Under the pieces are notes generated by a model. The model saw only the letters and a program-made list of their open reading frames with translations, searched no databases and had not been told where the DNA came from. A program made the translations under genes and the position numbers. A stretch of DNA of 63,574 nt, filler included. It is 5 parts of 5 records of this genome, joined end to end, with 100 filler letters (N's around TTAATTAATTAA, not from the genome) between each part and the next. Parts side by side here need not be neighbours in the genome. Positions count along the whole stretch, not along the records: positions 11,485 to 34,828 come from DRR723986_8523; positions 34,929 to 44,350 come from DRR723986_8548; 3 more parts are not named here. One strand, 5' to 3'. Below, one piece after another: positions 27,777 through 37,061 of the stretch. Positions within the stretch are counted from its first letter, which is position 1. Every line of letters starts with the position of its first letter.

Positions 27777-29610
27777 AACCGCGCTCGATCCGGAGCAGCG
27801 AGCACTATATGGGGAGATCCTGCGCGCGCCGACGGGTTTCGAGCTGGACTTTGCAATCGCTACGACCTACACGCTCGACTTCGAAACGGCATTGGTGATA
27901 CCGGCCACACTGGCTTTCCACGCCGCCGAGAACAGGCAACAGACACTAGATACGCCGCTTGCGCTGCTCGAAGGCCTGGAACGCCTGTCGTCCCGGATCT
28001 CCATCTTTTGTGAGGCCGGGCGGATCAAGGGAGTTCCCAAAGGAGCAAACCGGCTAACCGCCTTGCTAGAGGAGACGATCACCGAAGTCATCGCCCCTAG
28101 AGGCGGTGCTTTCCACCCCAAACTCTGGCTTCTGCGTTTCGCGCCTATCCGAGGTGATGGCCAGACTCGCCTTCGGCTTGTGCTGCTCTCACGTAATCTG
28201 ACAACCGACACGTCATGGGATCTAGCCCTTTCACTCGACGGTGTTGCCGGCTTGGCACCAGTTGCAGCCAACGCCCCGTTGGTCGAGTTAATCCGGACCC
28301 TTCCCAGTCTCGCATCAGGGCGCCCTGCACCACTTCGTACGGTCGAGATAGTCCAGTCGCTAGCCGATGACCTAGGCAAAGCCCTATGGGAGCGACCGGA
28401 ACACATCAGAAAGATCACATTTGCGGTGAATGGGCTGTCTCAAACGGTGTGGTATCCGCGAGTGGGAAACAGGTTGGGCGTGGTGTCCCCATTCGTAACC
28501 GACACGGCACTAAGCAAGCTGGTCCGGCACGTTGCACCCGAACACGCTTTCCTGCTTGGCTGTGGTGAAGAAATGGCGGCGTTAAAACCCGAAACTCTGG
28601 CCTGTTTCGGCACGAAACTTGTGCTCGATGAAATGGCGGAAACGGAGGATGGCGAGGAGACCGAGGCAGCCAGAGCCAGTCCCGTGCCCCGTCGCGGATT
28701 GCATGCAAAGGTCTACGTCACCGAGCGAGATTCCAGCACCGAGATCACGGTGGGGTCAGGAAATGCGACCACTTCCTCTATTGTAGAGAGCAGGAACGTC
28801 GAAGTCTTCGCCACCGTCTCGGGCGATACACGAAACCTCGGCACGGTTGAAGAACAGCTTTCACCCGAACGATTGGGCCGCTACCTACGAACATTTGTCC
28901 CGTTTGAGCCGGAAGACATATCCACCGAAGAAGAAGCGGACCAGAGACTGGACAATTTTCGTCGCAAATTTGCCGAAGCGGGCCCCACATTGCACTGTGA
29001 GGTGGAAAACGGACGTGTCGCTCTCTACTTTTCCACGAAGTCAACTGTATCTTTGCCTGACGACATTGCCCTGCGCATCTGGCCGGTTGTTGCTGGAGGC
29101 TCATTCGGGATCGAACTCAAGTGTCTGGATGACCAAAAACAACTACTGGCACGCATCGCACTTAGGGACGTTACCCGCTGGATCGGAGTGGGTCTTCGAG
29201 ACAACACGACCGGACGGGTACAGGAATTCACGCTGGGCACAGAGCTGATGAACTTGCCCGAGGGTCGCACATCCGAGGTTCTCCGGTCCGTTATCGAGAA
29301 CCGGGAGGCTTTCCTGCTCTATATCCGCCTTCTGTTGAGCGATGGGTCGGAAGCGGCCAAAGCTCTTTTTGCCGCAGGAAGCGGCGGCAACGTCCTTGAC
29401 CAGATTGGAAATGAAAGAGGGGCAGCTATCCTGGAAGACATGGTTCGGGCTCTTTCCGGAGATCGCCGGAAACTGGATGACATCGAGCGCTTGGTCATGC
29501 GCCTCAGTGACCCGGAAAAAGGCCAAAGCGACGTAATTCCGCTAGATTTTCTGGCTCTCTGGCAGACCTTCCGGCAGGTCTTGAAAGAGGACAAGAACAG
29601 CGATGGCTAA
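27766..29610 (+). CDS. Phospholipase D-fold nuclease (Azaca ZacB-like)
   Basis: FHPKLW..SRNLT and VSPF..LHAKVY..GSGNAT, two HxK PLD-type motifs. Confidence 0.8.
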   Translation: MPDRTALDPEQRALYGEILRAPTGFELDFAIATTYTLDFETALVIPATLAFHAAENRQQTLDTPLALLEGLERLSSRISIFCEAGRIKGVPKGANRLTALLEETITEVIAPRGGAFHPKLWLLRFAPIRGDGQTRLRLVLLSRNLTTDTSWDLALSLDGVAGLAPVAANAPLVELIRTLPSLASGRPAPLRTVEIVQSLADDLGKALWERPEHIRKITFAVNGLSQTVWYPRVGNRLGVVSPFVTDTALSKLVRHVAPEHAFLLGCGEEMAALKPETLACFGTKLVLDEMAETEDGEETEAARASPVPRRGLHAKVYVTERDSSTEITVGSGNATTSSIVESRNVEVFATVSGDTRNLGTVEEQLSPERLGRYLRTFVPFEPEDISTEEEADQRLDNFRRKFAEAGPTLHCEVENGRVALYFSTKSTVSLPDDIALRIWPVVAGGSFGIELKCLDDQKQLLARIALRDVTRWIGVGLRDNTTGRVQEFTLGTELMNLPEGRTSEVLRSVIENREAFLLYIRLLLSDGSEAAKALFAAGSGGNVLDQIGNERGAAILEDMVRALSGDRRKLDDIERLVMRLSDPEKGQSDVIPLDFLALWQTFRQVLKEDKNSDG

Positions 29611-32600
29611 TCGCTATAGCGCAGAAAAGGCACTCAGACCTCTTAAGGCGTTTCAGCGGACCACGGTCGAATACGTCTCGCGCCGCCTCCTGACGGATAG
29701 CGACCGAGTGCGGCACTTCCTGGTGGCCGACGAAGTGGGTCTCGGCAAGACAATGGTAGCGCGGGGCGTGATCGCTAGGACGATCGAAGCGTTGCAAGAC
29801 ACAGTGAAACGCATCGATATTGTCTATGTTTGTTCGAACTCTGCCATCGCCATGCAAAATGTCGCAAGGTTGGACGTCATGGACGGTGAGCGGACGCGCG
29901 TGTTGCCGACGCGTCTCACAATGCTGGCTCTGGAATTGTCACAAGCCGGGGGCATCAAGCGCGAGGGCGTGAACTTTTTCAGTCTCACGCCCGGCACTTC
30001 ACTCGACCTGAAACAAGGAGTTGGAAAGAAGGAGGAACGTGCACTCCTCCTTCGCATGCTCTCGGGATTGCTCAATGACCGATGCGCAGCAGCCACTATG
30101 CTGCAAGGTTTTGCAAAAGAAGCAAGCTGGCAGTCTACGCGCGCGTGGATCGACAAGCAGCCCATCGAGCAGGAGATCGTCGCGCGCTTCCAGAACGCGG
30201 TCAAGAACCAACCGGGACTTCTGCCGGAACTCGAAGCATGCTCTCTATGCTATAAGCAACTTCGTCAATGGGATCCCGATCTGAACCGTCGTCGTGCAGC
30301 ACTGGTGGGAGAGTTGCGTACCATGCTCGCCCGCGAGAGCGCGAAAGCGCTTCAACCCGATTTGATCGTTCTGGATGAGTTTCAGCGTTTCACGGAACTA
30401 TTGCACGGCGAAGGTGAAGCCGCCGAACTCGCGCGGAAATTGTTCGACACCACCGACCCTGATGGAGACCAGCCCAGGGTCTTGCTGCTATCGGCGACGC
30501 CTTACAGGATGCTATCCCTACGCGACGATGATGCGGATGCGGGCGACCACTACCGGGAATTCCTTGATGTGCTGGGCTTTCTTTTTGGTGAGCGCGGGCC
30601 GGTGGTACGTGCCGAAATAGAAACCGAGATGCAGAAATTCCGCACAGCTTTGCAACGCTTGCCAACAGGTTTCGACAGGGCGAAAGAGATCAAGGCCGGG
30701 ATTGAGAGAAGCCTGTGCAGGGTCATCGCTCGTACCGAACGCGTCGCGGAAACCGCCGAGCGCAACGCGATGATGAAGGACATGGAAGTGCCGGTAACAA
30801 TAGAACCCAACGACCTCATGGAGGCCCGGGCCGTAGCCCGGGTCGCGGAGGCGGCGGATGCGCCGAGCACTCTGGAATACTGGAAATCCGCACCCTACCT
30901 GCTCAGCTTCCTGCGAGACTACAAGCTCGCGCAACGTCTCGACCATCTGAAGGAAACCCCGTCCAACGCTCTACTTTCAGCCGTCCGCGGTGCGAAGTCG
31001 GCACAAATCGATGCTGCGGCGGTTGAAGCCTATCGACCGATCCCTGAAAATAACGGCCGGATGCGTGCCCTCAAGGGTGTCGCTTTTCGCGACGGCATGG
31101 CCAGACGTCTCTGGATGCCCCCTAGCCTTCCCTACTTCGGTCATCGCGTCACGGCAAGCAAACTTCTGATCTTCTCCCATTGGGCCATGGTTCCTGACGC
31201 GATCGCGGCCATACTCTCCTATCATAGCGAATGCGCGATGGGGATGGGAGAGCTTGGACGCGGCTACACCGCCCGCCACCCGCAGCTTCTCAATTTCCGT
31301 CGCAGTAAGGAGCGGCTAACAGGTCTCCGCGCCCTGCCGCTTGTGATCCCTTCCCCGACACTGGCAATGGCTGTTGACCCGCTTGACATCTTTCGCACGT
31401 GTCAAACGCTGCCGGATGCCTGCGCACTGCGCCGAAAAGCTCGCGAGCAATTGCGCCCGCTAGCAGAGCGCGTCGAACGTCTTCTCCAAGCAGGTCACCA
31501 TGGCACAATTTTCACCCGGCAACCGGCAGGCATTCATGCTGGCTCAAAGGGCGAGCCACATCCTGATCGTGCAGTCAATTGGGATTGGGCATGCGCCGCC
31601 GCCCTTGACACAGGCCATATTGATTTTGCTGCCTGGCTTTCGAAAGACGACTTCCTAGCCGATATTGTCCGAGAAGATGGTCAGGATGCGTGGCAAGACC
31701 ATCTTTCCGCTCTTGCCGCCGCCGCGAATAACGACACGCTGGTCGGTAGACCCGACACCGACCGTCTCCTTGATCATCTAACGGATCTTGCTCTTGGCAG
31801 CCCGGCTACTTGCGCTCTGCGTGCACTTCACCGCGTCGTCCCAGGGCTGGCCCTTGATCAACCAGCAATGCTCAATGCTGCCGCTCGGATCGGCATGGCG
31901 TTTCGTGGTCTGTTTAATCAGCCAGAAAGCCAGGCGCTGCTGCGTGGAGAGTCCGATGACGTCTACTGGCAGTCCGTGCTGCATTACTGCATTGATCATG
32001 ACCTGCAGTCGGTCCTGGACGAATACCTCCACGTTTTGCTCGAATCCGAAGGCCTATCTGGAGCTAACCCAGCAGATGCCGTTACCGTACTTGCTGAAAC
32101 CATGGACGAAGCGCTTTCGCTCAAGCCTGCACAGATCGAAGTCAAGAGCTATCGGACTCGTCGCGGTCGCATCGACATTCGTTCGCAACTTAGAATGCGT
32201 GGCCGCTTCGCTACGCGCTTGTTGCAGAAAAGTCAGGAACAAGGAGCTGTTCAACGCACCGACACTGTACGCACCGCCTTCAATTCACCATTCCGCCCCT
32301 TTGTTCTTGCCACAACCTCTGTCGGTCAGGAAGGGTTGGATTTTCATCCCTGGTGCCACCGCCTTGTCCACTGGAATCTTCCATCGAACCCTGTAGACCT
32401 TGAACAGCGAGAAGGACGTATTCACCGATACAAGAACCACGCGGTCCGACTGAATCTAGCAACCAGATACGCTCAAACACTCCGTAGCGCGGATCCAGTT
32501 AGTGACCCTTGGAAGCACATGTTTCACGAAGCTCATCAGCGAGCGGAGCGTCCAGGCCATCTCGAGCCGTTCTGGCTGCTGGACGGCGACACCGTAATCG

Positions 32601-32815
32601 AACGGTTCTCATTGTGTCTGCCCTATAGCCGCGAGGTCTCCCTAATGGCGAAGCTTAAGCGATCTGTCGCGCTGTACAGGCTGGCGTTTGGGCAGCCTCG
32701 GCAGGATGACCTCTTGTCGTACCTCGACAATGCGGAACAGTCTTGGACCGGCATCGACCTGGCTGCTCTGCAGATCAGCCTGAGACCGGTTGCCGGTCAT
32801 TCAGACATTCCGTGA
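29603..32815 (+). CDS. SF2 helicase (Azaca ZacC-like)
   Basis: LVADEVGLGKT, DEFQ, LSATP, TSVGQEGLDFH, EQREGRIHR; translationally coupled to the PLD gene. Confidence 0.85.
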   Translation: MANRYSAEKALRPLKAFQRTTVEYVSRRLLTDSDRVRHFLVADEVGLGKTMVARGVIARTIEALQDTVKRIDIVYVCSNSAIAMQNVARLDVMDGERTRVLPTRLTMLALELSQAGGIKREGVNFFSLTPGTSLDLKQGVGKKEERALLLRMLSGLLNDRCAAATMLQGFAKEASWQSTRAWIDKQPIEQEIVARFQNAVKNQPGLLPELEACSLCYKQLRQWDPDLNRRRAALVGELRTMLARESAKALQPDLIVLDEFQRFTELLHGEGEAAELARKLFDTTDPDGDQPRVLLLSATPYRMLSLRDDDADAGDHYREFLDVLGFLFGERGPVVRAEIETEMQKFRTALQRLPTGFDRAKEIKAGIERSLCRVIARTERVAETAERNAMMKDMEVPVTIEPNDLMEARAVARVAEAADAPSTLEYWKSAPYLLSFLRDYKLAQRLDHLKETPSNALLSAVRGAKSAQIDAAAVEAYRPIPENNGRMRALKGVAFRDGMARRLWMPPSLPYFGHRVTASKLLIFSHWAMVPDAIAAILSYHSECAMGMGELGRGYTARHPQLLNFRRSKERLTGLRALPLVIPSPTLAMAVDPLDIFRTCQTLPDACALRRKAREQLRPLAERVERLLQAGHHGTIFTRQPAGIHAGSKGEPHPDRAVNWDWACAAALDTGHIDFAAWLSKDDFLADIVREDGQDAWQDHLSALAAAANNDTLVGRPDTDRLLDHLTDLALGSPATCALRALHRVVPGLALDQPAMLNAAARIGMAFRGLFNQPESQALLRGESDDVYWQSVLHYCIDHDLQSVLDEYLHVLLESEGLSGANPADAVTVLAETMDEALSLKPAQIEVKSYRTRRGRIDIRSQLRMRGRFATRLLQKSQEQGAVQRTDTVRTAFNSPFRPFVLATTSVGQEGLDFHPWCHRLVHWNLPSNPVDLEQREGRIHRYKNHAVRLNLATRYAQTLRSADPVSDPWKHMFHEAHQRAERPGHLEPFWLLDGDTVIERFSLCLPYSREVSLMAKLKRSVALYRLAFGQPRQDDLLSYLDNAEQSWTGIDLAALQISLRPVAGHSDIP

Positions 32816-32906
32816 GTTGTAGTTTAAAACCTATGCCTTGGACCGGACAACAGACACTTGCGGGTTCATTTTATAGCTGCGTTCGAGGTGCTTAGGCATG
32901 ACAAGC

Positions 32907-33260
32907 TCAGTCCTTCAAATCACCCTCAATGAATTCAGATGGCGGGGCTTCCACTTCTTGGACGCGATACCATCTGAGGTCGGCCCCTGCCACCTCCATC
33001 TCCGCGTCGCTAAGGTTACGCCCCCTCGGAGCCCTACCTCCCGGATAGACCACAGTGCCGTATCGAACTTCCCTAGCGCAGAGCGCTTCAATCAAGTCGA
33101 GAGAAAGCGGCCCGATGACCTGGTCACCCCGGTGTAAATCTTTTAGATCGTCGAGGTTGAAATGCTCCACTATCTCGCCGCTGATACCTCTTCGATTCAG
33201 CCAGTCGACCAGCCCTTGATGACGGGTAACAATCACGGACCTATATTTTTCATGAGCCAA
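32907..33260 (-). CDS. csx16: CRISPR-associated Csx16-family protein (putative cOA ring nuclease)
   Basis: VTRH.G.V.W....G, EH, GD.VIG.L...L...LC....Y, RG..LS..EM..AGA.L..Y.V match the Csx16/VVA1548 pattern; next to a CRISPR array. Confidence 0.82.
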   Translation of the reverse strand: MAHEKYRSVIVTRHQGLVDWLNRRGISGEIVEHFNLDDLKDLHRGDQVIGPLSLDLIEALCAREVRYGTVVYPGGRAPRGRNLSDAEMEVAGADLRWYRVQEVEAPPSEFIEGDLKD

Positions 33261-33325
33261 ACGAATACCTTTTGATATGATGAAATTATTGCTGTTGATG
33301 ATCGGTCTACGAGCCGGAGTTTTTC

Positions 33326-34291
33326 ATGTCAGGATATCCAATTTTCAATAATTTCTTCCGAAAGACCACGACGGAGGTGGAGGCACTCTTTGCGACCACT
33401 GTAACGCTCATTTCGGCGGCAGTGGCTGGCGATGCATTCATGGCACTGCTTGGGCACTTTCATGAGAGTGGACCTTTCCAGGGCGGACAGTCAGTCTGGT
33501 GGACGATAGTTTATCTTATTTTTTCGCTCGTGGCCCTGACAGGAAGCCTGAAGTGGCTGTGGCGACTGAAAGATCGTTTCCTTAAAGGGTCTGCCAAGCT
33601 GATTTCAAGGAAGCAATGTCCCGGACATGAGCGACTGATCCTTTTCCTTTCGCTTGGCTATGACAGAAACGCGGACCCCGAAAACGAACAAGACCAATTG
33701 AAAAGGAAGCGGATCGAAACACAAGCTCGCTCCTACAGGACTGTCTTAGAGCAGCTCACGCAACCGCCTCCTGTTAGCATCCAGGAGGCACACCGCAGGA
33801 TTTCCAACCTGGCCAATAGTCAACTAGATGGGTGGAGTTGGCAGCAGCCATTGAGGACCATTGCCGAGGAACTCGATCAAGATCGCCGGATCCTGAAGCA
33901 GATCCTGGTCGTGACGACTTTTGGACGGAACTCCCATACCGGTAAAGTGGATGCGGCCTCAGGCTCGGATGCACAATTCGAGGACTTCAAGTTAATGTTA
34001 CAGCCAGCCCTATGCGTCGACTACTCAGCCCAAACCCCGGTTGCCATAGACAGGATTGGACCTGTAGATCCGAACAATTTTAACGAGATCCACGATCTCC
34101 TCGTTGAAAAACTTGCCGAGGCTGACCAAAAGGAACGCCTTGTCACATGCATAGACGTTACGGGAGGACAAAGGATCGGGGCGCTTGCCGGATATATTCT
34201 GACCTTGAACAAGGATATTCGCTTCTGCTACGTCAATTCAGCCAACGAAGTTGTCTACTATGACGCCCGCATCTCGGGACCTTCCTTTTAA
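33326..34291 (+). CDS. Two-TM + CARF membrane effector (Cam1-like)
   Basis: Two N-terminal hydrophobic helices, LILFLS strand, and C-terminal IDVTGGQR..ALAG...FCYV (CARF DxTGGxK-type motif). Confidence 0.75.
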   Translation: MSGYPIFNNFFRKTTTEVEALFATTVTLISAAVAGDAFMALLGHFHESGPFQGGQSVWWTIVYLIFSLVALTGSLKWLWRLKDRFLKGSAKLISRKQCPGHERLILFLSLGYDRNADPENEQDQLKRKRIETQARSYRTVLEQLTQPPPVSIQEAHRRISNLANSQLDGWSWQQPLRTIAEELDQDRRILKQILVVTTFGRNSHTGKVDAASGSDAQFEDFKLMLQPALCVDYSAQTPVAIDRIGPVDPNNFNEIHDLLVEKLAEADQKERLVTCIDVTGGQRIGALAGYILTLNKDIRFCYVNSANEVVYYDARISGPSF

Positions 34292-34509
34292 TCTCTTCGG
34301 CTTACCCGATCGTCTTCTGCAGCCCGACAGTCTTGCTTTTGCTTGGCTCGACCCATCAGGTCAATATTTCAATTGCGAGACGGGATACCGGTTTGTCTTG
34401 CATCGACATCCTCATGAATATTTGCCAGATGCGTCGGCAGACCTTAGCTGCCGAGTCCATGCCGCATAGGCTACAACGGTGAATTTTGCCGGTAATTTAG
34501 CGGATCACG

Positions 34510-34828
34510 TGGTGTCGCTGCATTTTAGCAATTCAAGCGCTCAGCCTGTATATAAAAAGAATTTGCCTATGCGCTCTTATCGTAATCCGGATGCCGGTAT
34601 TTCAGGCATTCAGCCTTAACCTCGGTGGCACAGCCTAATTGAAAGGTCGGAATCTACTTTTCAGCCGTACAGGCGCCTAGAGTTTAGATCGCAGAATTCA
34701 AACTCCACGTGGCATTCAAAACGTGGCTGTCGTAATCCGCGTTCCAGCGGTACAGGCACCCAAAGTCCTTGATGTGGAGTGTGATCGATGAGGATCTGGT
34801 CGTAATCCGCGTTCCAGCGGTACAGGCG
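34510..34828 (-). CRISPR. Trailer end of a type III-like CRISPR array, truncated by the contig end
   Basis: 37-nt repeat gtcgtaatccgcgttccagcggtacaggcacccaaag at 34729-34765. The copy at 34799-34828 is identical over 29 nt. Degenerate copies lie at 34646 (28/37) and 34579 (23/37), with a weak one at 34510. Spacers are 32, 30, 46 and 33 nt. On the minus strand the repeat has a ccgc/gcgg hairpin followed by the ATTACGAC handle. Confidence 0.8.
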
Positions 34829-34928
34829 NNNNNNNNNNNNNNNNNNNNNNNNNNNNNNNNNNNNNNNNNNNNTTAATTAATTAANNNNNNNNNNNNNNNN
34901 NNNNNNNNNNNNNNNNNNNNNNNNNNNN
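34829..34928. other. Artificial contig linker
   Basis: N44-TTAATTAATTAA-N44. Confidence 0.99.
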
Positions 34929-34929
34929 G

Positions 34930-35439
34930 AACATCATTCGTGAAGGCCGTAAAACCAAAGAGAAGGTAGACGTATTCAGCTTCGAACTGCTGGCCTACCG
35001 CCACCTGGTGAACCCGGGCGCCATGCCGTTCTCCGATGAAGAAGACAAGAAGCTGCCCAGCTACTTCACTACCTCCGACGACGTAACGCCCACGCAACAC
35101 GTCGACATCCAGGCTGCGGCACAGAAATGGGTAGATTCCTCCATTTCCAAAACCGCTAACGTTCCAACAGAATTCCCGTACCAGGATTTCAAGGACATCT
35201 ACCTGTACGCCTATGACAAGGGTCTGAAAGGCTGCACCACCTTCCGCTTCAACCCGGAAGCGTTCCAGGGCGTACTGGTTAAAGAGAAAGACCTTGAGAA
35301 CACAATGTATGAGTTCACCCTGGACGACGGCAGCAAAGTGACCCTGCGCGGCAACGAACAGGTAGAGTACGACGGCGAAATTCACACCGCCGCCAACCTC
35401 TTCGACGCGCTGAAAGAAGGCACTTACGGCAAGTATTAA
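34930..35439 (+). CDS. nrdJa: Class II (B12) ribonucleotide reductase NrdJa, C-terminal part
   Basis: AAQKWVDSSISKTANVP, GLKGCTTFR, ANLFDALKEG.YGK; 5' truncated. Confidence 0.92.
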   Translation, partial: NIIREGRKTKEKVDVFSFELLAYRHLVNPGAMPFSDEEDKKLPSYFTTSDDVTPTQHVDIQAAAQKWVDSSISKTANVPTEFPYQDFKDIYLYAYDKGLKGCTTFRFNPEAFQGVLVKEKDLENTMYEFTLDDGSKVTLRGNEQVEYDGEIHTAANLFDALKEGTYGKY

Positions 35440-35469
35440 TCCGGGAACCGACAGACAGGAATTACGAAC

Positions 35470-36168
35470 ATGACAGTGAAAATCAGCAACAAGATCGTCG
35501 GCTACCGGGTAAAGAAAGCCGACGCCGAGACCACGGGTGAGCACCAGGCGCCGGTGAAAGCCGACACCAAACCGGTGGAGATGAACGAGAACATCGAACG
35601 CCCGGATTTCCTCCTGGGCACCACCTACAAGATCAAGCCGCCGGTGGCCGAGCACGCGATGTACATTACCATCAATGACATCCTGCTGAACGAAGACACA
35701 GACCACGAAAGCCGGCAGCCGTATGAAGTGTTCATCAACTCCAAATCGATGGAACACTTCCAGTGGGTTATCGCCCTCACCCGCGTAATCTCAGCGGTAT
35801 TCCGCAAAGGTGGTGACGTCACCTTCCTGGTGGAAGAGTTGCGCAGCGTGTATGACCCCAACGGCGGGTACTTCAAGAAGGGCGGCGTGTTCATGCCCTC
35901 ACTGGTAGCCGAAATTGGCGCCGTGATCGAGAAGCACCTGAAGGCCATCGGCCTGCTGGAAAGCGACGAGCTGAGCGAAACCACCAAGCGCATCCTCGCT
36001 GAAAAACGCGCCGAGTTTGAGGCCAGCCAGAACAAGGCCACCAACGACGACAGCGCCAGCGAGTACCCCGCCAACGCCACCATGTGCGGCAAGTGCAGCA
36101 CCAAGGCCGTGATCGTGATGGACGGCTGCGCCACCTGCCTGTCCTGCGGCGACAGCAAATGCGGTTGA
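35470..36168 (+). CDS. nrdJb: Class II RNR small subunit NrdJb (TSCPD domain)
   Basis: GTTYKIK, YITIND, LTRVISAVFRKGG, C-terminal CGKC..C..C..CGDSKCG. Confidence 0.92.
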   Translation: MTVKISNKIVGYRVKKADAETTGEHQAPVKADTKPVEMNENIERPDFLLGTTYKIKPPVAEHAMYITINDILLNEDTDHESRQPYEVFINSKSMEHFQWVIALTRVISAVFRKGGDVTFLVEELRSVYDPNGGYFKKGGVFMPSLVAEIGAVIEKHLKAIGLLESDELSETTKRILAEKRAEFEASQNKATNDDSASEYPANATMCGKCSTKAVIVMDGCATCLSCGDSKCG

Positions 36169-36190
36169 GGTGATTGACCGCTGAGTAACG

Positions 36191-36225
36191 AAAAGGCCTG
36201 GTTGCGGAAGCTGCCGGGCCTTTTT
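36191..36225 (+). terminator. Intrinsic terminator after nrdJb
   Basis: aaaaggcctgg...ccgggccttttt. Confidence 0.75.
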
Positions 36226-36367
36226 GTTGGGCCGGAAGCTAACACCGCTTCGTGATTGGTGAAAATGCGGCTGCATTGATATTACTAAGCAGAATCTGAC
36301 TTGCTTCTTTTCTTGGCTTGTAGTTACATGATATTTCAGATTTTTTGAGCATCGGCAGAAAATTGGC

Positions 36368-36443
36368 GCGTAATACCGGTGCGTAATAACGACGCAGTCA
36401 GAAAAGCGCAATAATGAATACTGCTATTTAATTTCTGTTAACC
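36368..36443 (+). promoter_or_regulatory. attI-like integron recombination site
   Basis: Direct repeats gcgtaata (36368, 36381) and gcgcaata (36406) upstream of core GTTAACC (36437-36443), which is the exact complement of GGTTAAC opening the downstream attC. Confidence 0.5.
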
Positions 36444-36471
36444 CAAAACCAACCATCAAGGAGATAGATGG

Positions 36472-36645
36472 ATGAAGCAAAAAAAGGCAGTGCATATAAA
36501 GAGTGAAGAACTGCATACTGATAGGGAATCAGAAGATAAAAATATGACGCATGAGGATTTAGTGAAATCAGCTCGAAAGACCGAACAAAGGACGATGCTT
36601 CGATCTAAAAATAGCAGCGTCATTACGTTTGTAGAGATGGAGTAG
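36472..36645 (+). CDS. Small protein (57 aa), candidate antitoxin for YafO
   Basis: AAGGAG RBS; manual translation MKQKKAVHIKSEEL...VITFVEME; ends 5 nt before the toxin ATG. Confidence 0.5.
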   Translation: MKQKKAVHIKSEELHTDRESEDKNMTHEDLVKSARKTEQRTMLRSKNSSVITFVEME

Positions 36646-36650
36646 TATTG

Positions 36651-37052
36651 ATGGACAGGGAAGTTAGGGTATTTGTTAGTGCGGAATTTAGAGAAAGTTT
36701 GGATAAAGAAAAGATAGATATTTTGGTATCTCGCTTCAAAGAATATAAAAGAACAGGCGTTCCTCATGAGACCTTTGGCCGAGATACCACTTATGATTTT
36801 CCTAACAAAGTTAAAAAATCAGGTATGTACCATATTCATGTAAAGGAAAAAACCTCGCGAAATTGGTCTCTCAAAAGAATATCATTTGATAAAACGAGCA
36901 ATACGGCGCTGATCTACTGTGAAGGGTTTTTCAATAGAAATTGCTTCTTGCTGCTTGGTTTTTTGACTGATGCACATGGTGTCTATGCAAGAAACCCTCA
37001 TTACTTGCTTGAGCTTTCCGATATAGCTGATAGATTCAGGGAAAAGTTTTAG
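36651..37052 (+). CDS. YafO-family toxin
   Basis: F..YK..G.....FGRD..Y, HIH, TS..ALIYC, AH motifs; low GC. Confidence 0.78.
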   Translation: MDREVRVFVSAEFRESLDKEKIDILVSRFKEYKRTGVPHETFGRDTTYDFPNKVKKSGMYHIHVKEKTSRNWSLKRISFDKTSNTALIYCEGFFNRNCFLLLGFLTDAHGVYARNPHYLLELSDIADRFREKF

Positions 37053-37061
37053 GAGATTAGA

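Larger units (their letters stand above)
11515..34828. mobile_element. tRNA-integrated defence island (far boundary not seen)
   Basis: tRNA 3' end immediately followed by an integrase, then TA, R-M, Azaca-like and CRISPR-ancillary cargo. Confidence 0.7.

Noticed and set aside
34606-34645. ATTGAAAG at the end of a spacer, resembling a plus-strand CRISPR repeat end of another class
   Set aside because: Single occurrence with no periodic copy; it fits as spacer sequence in the 37-nt repeat register.
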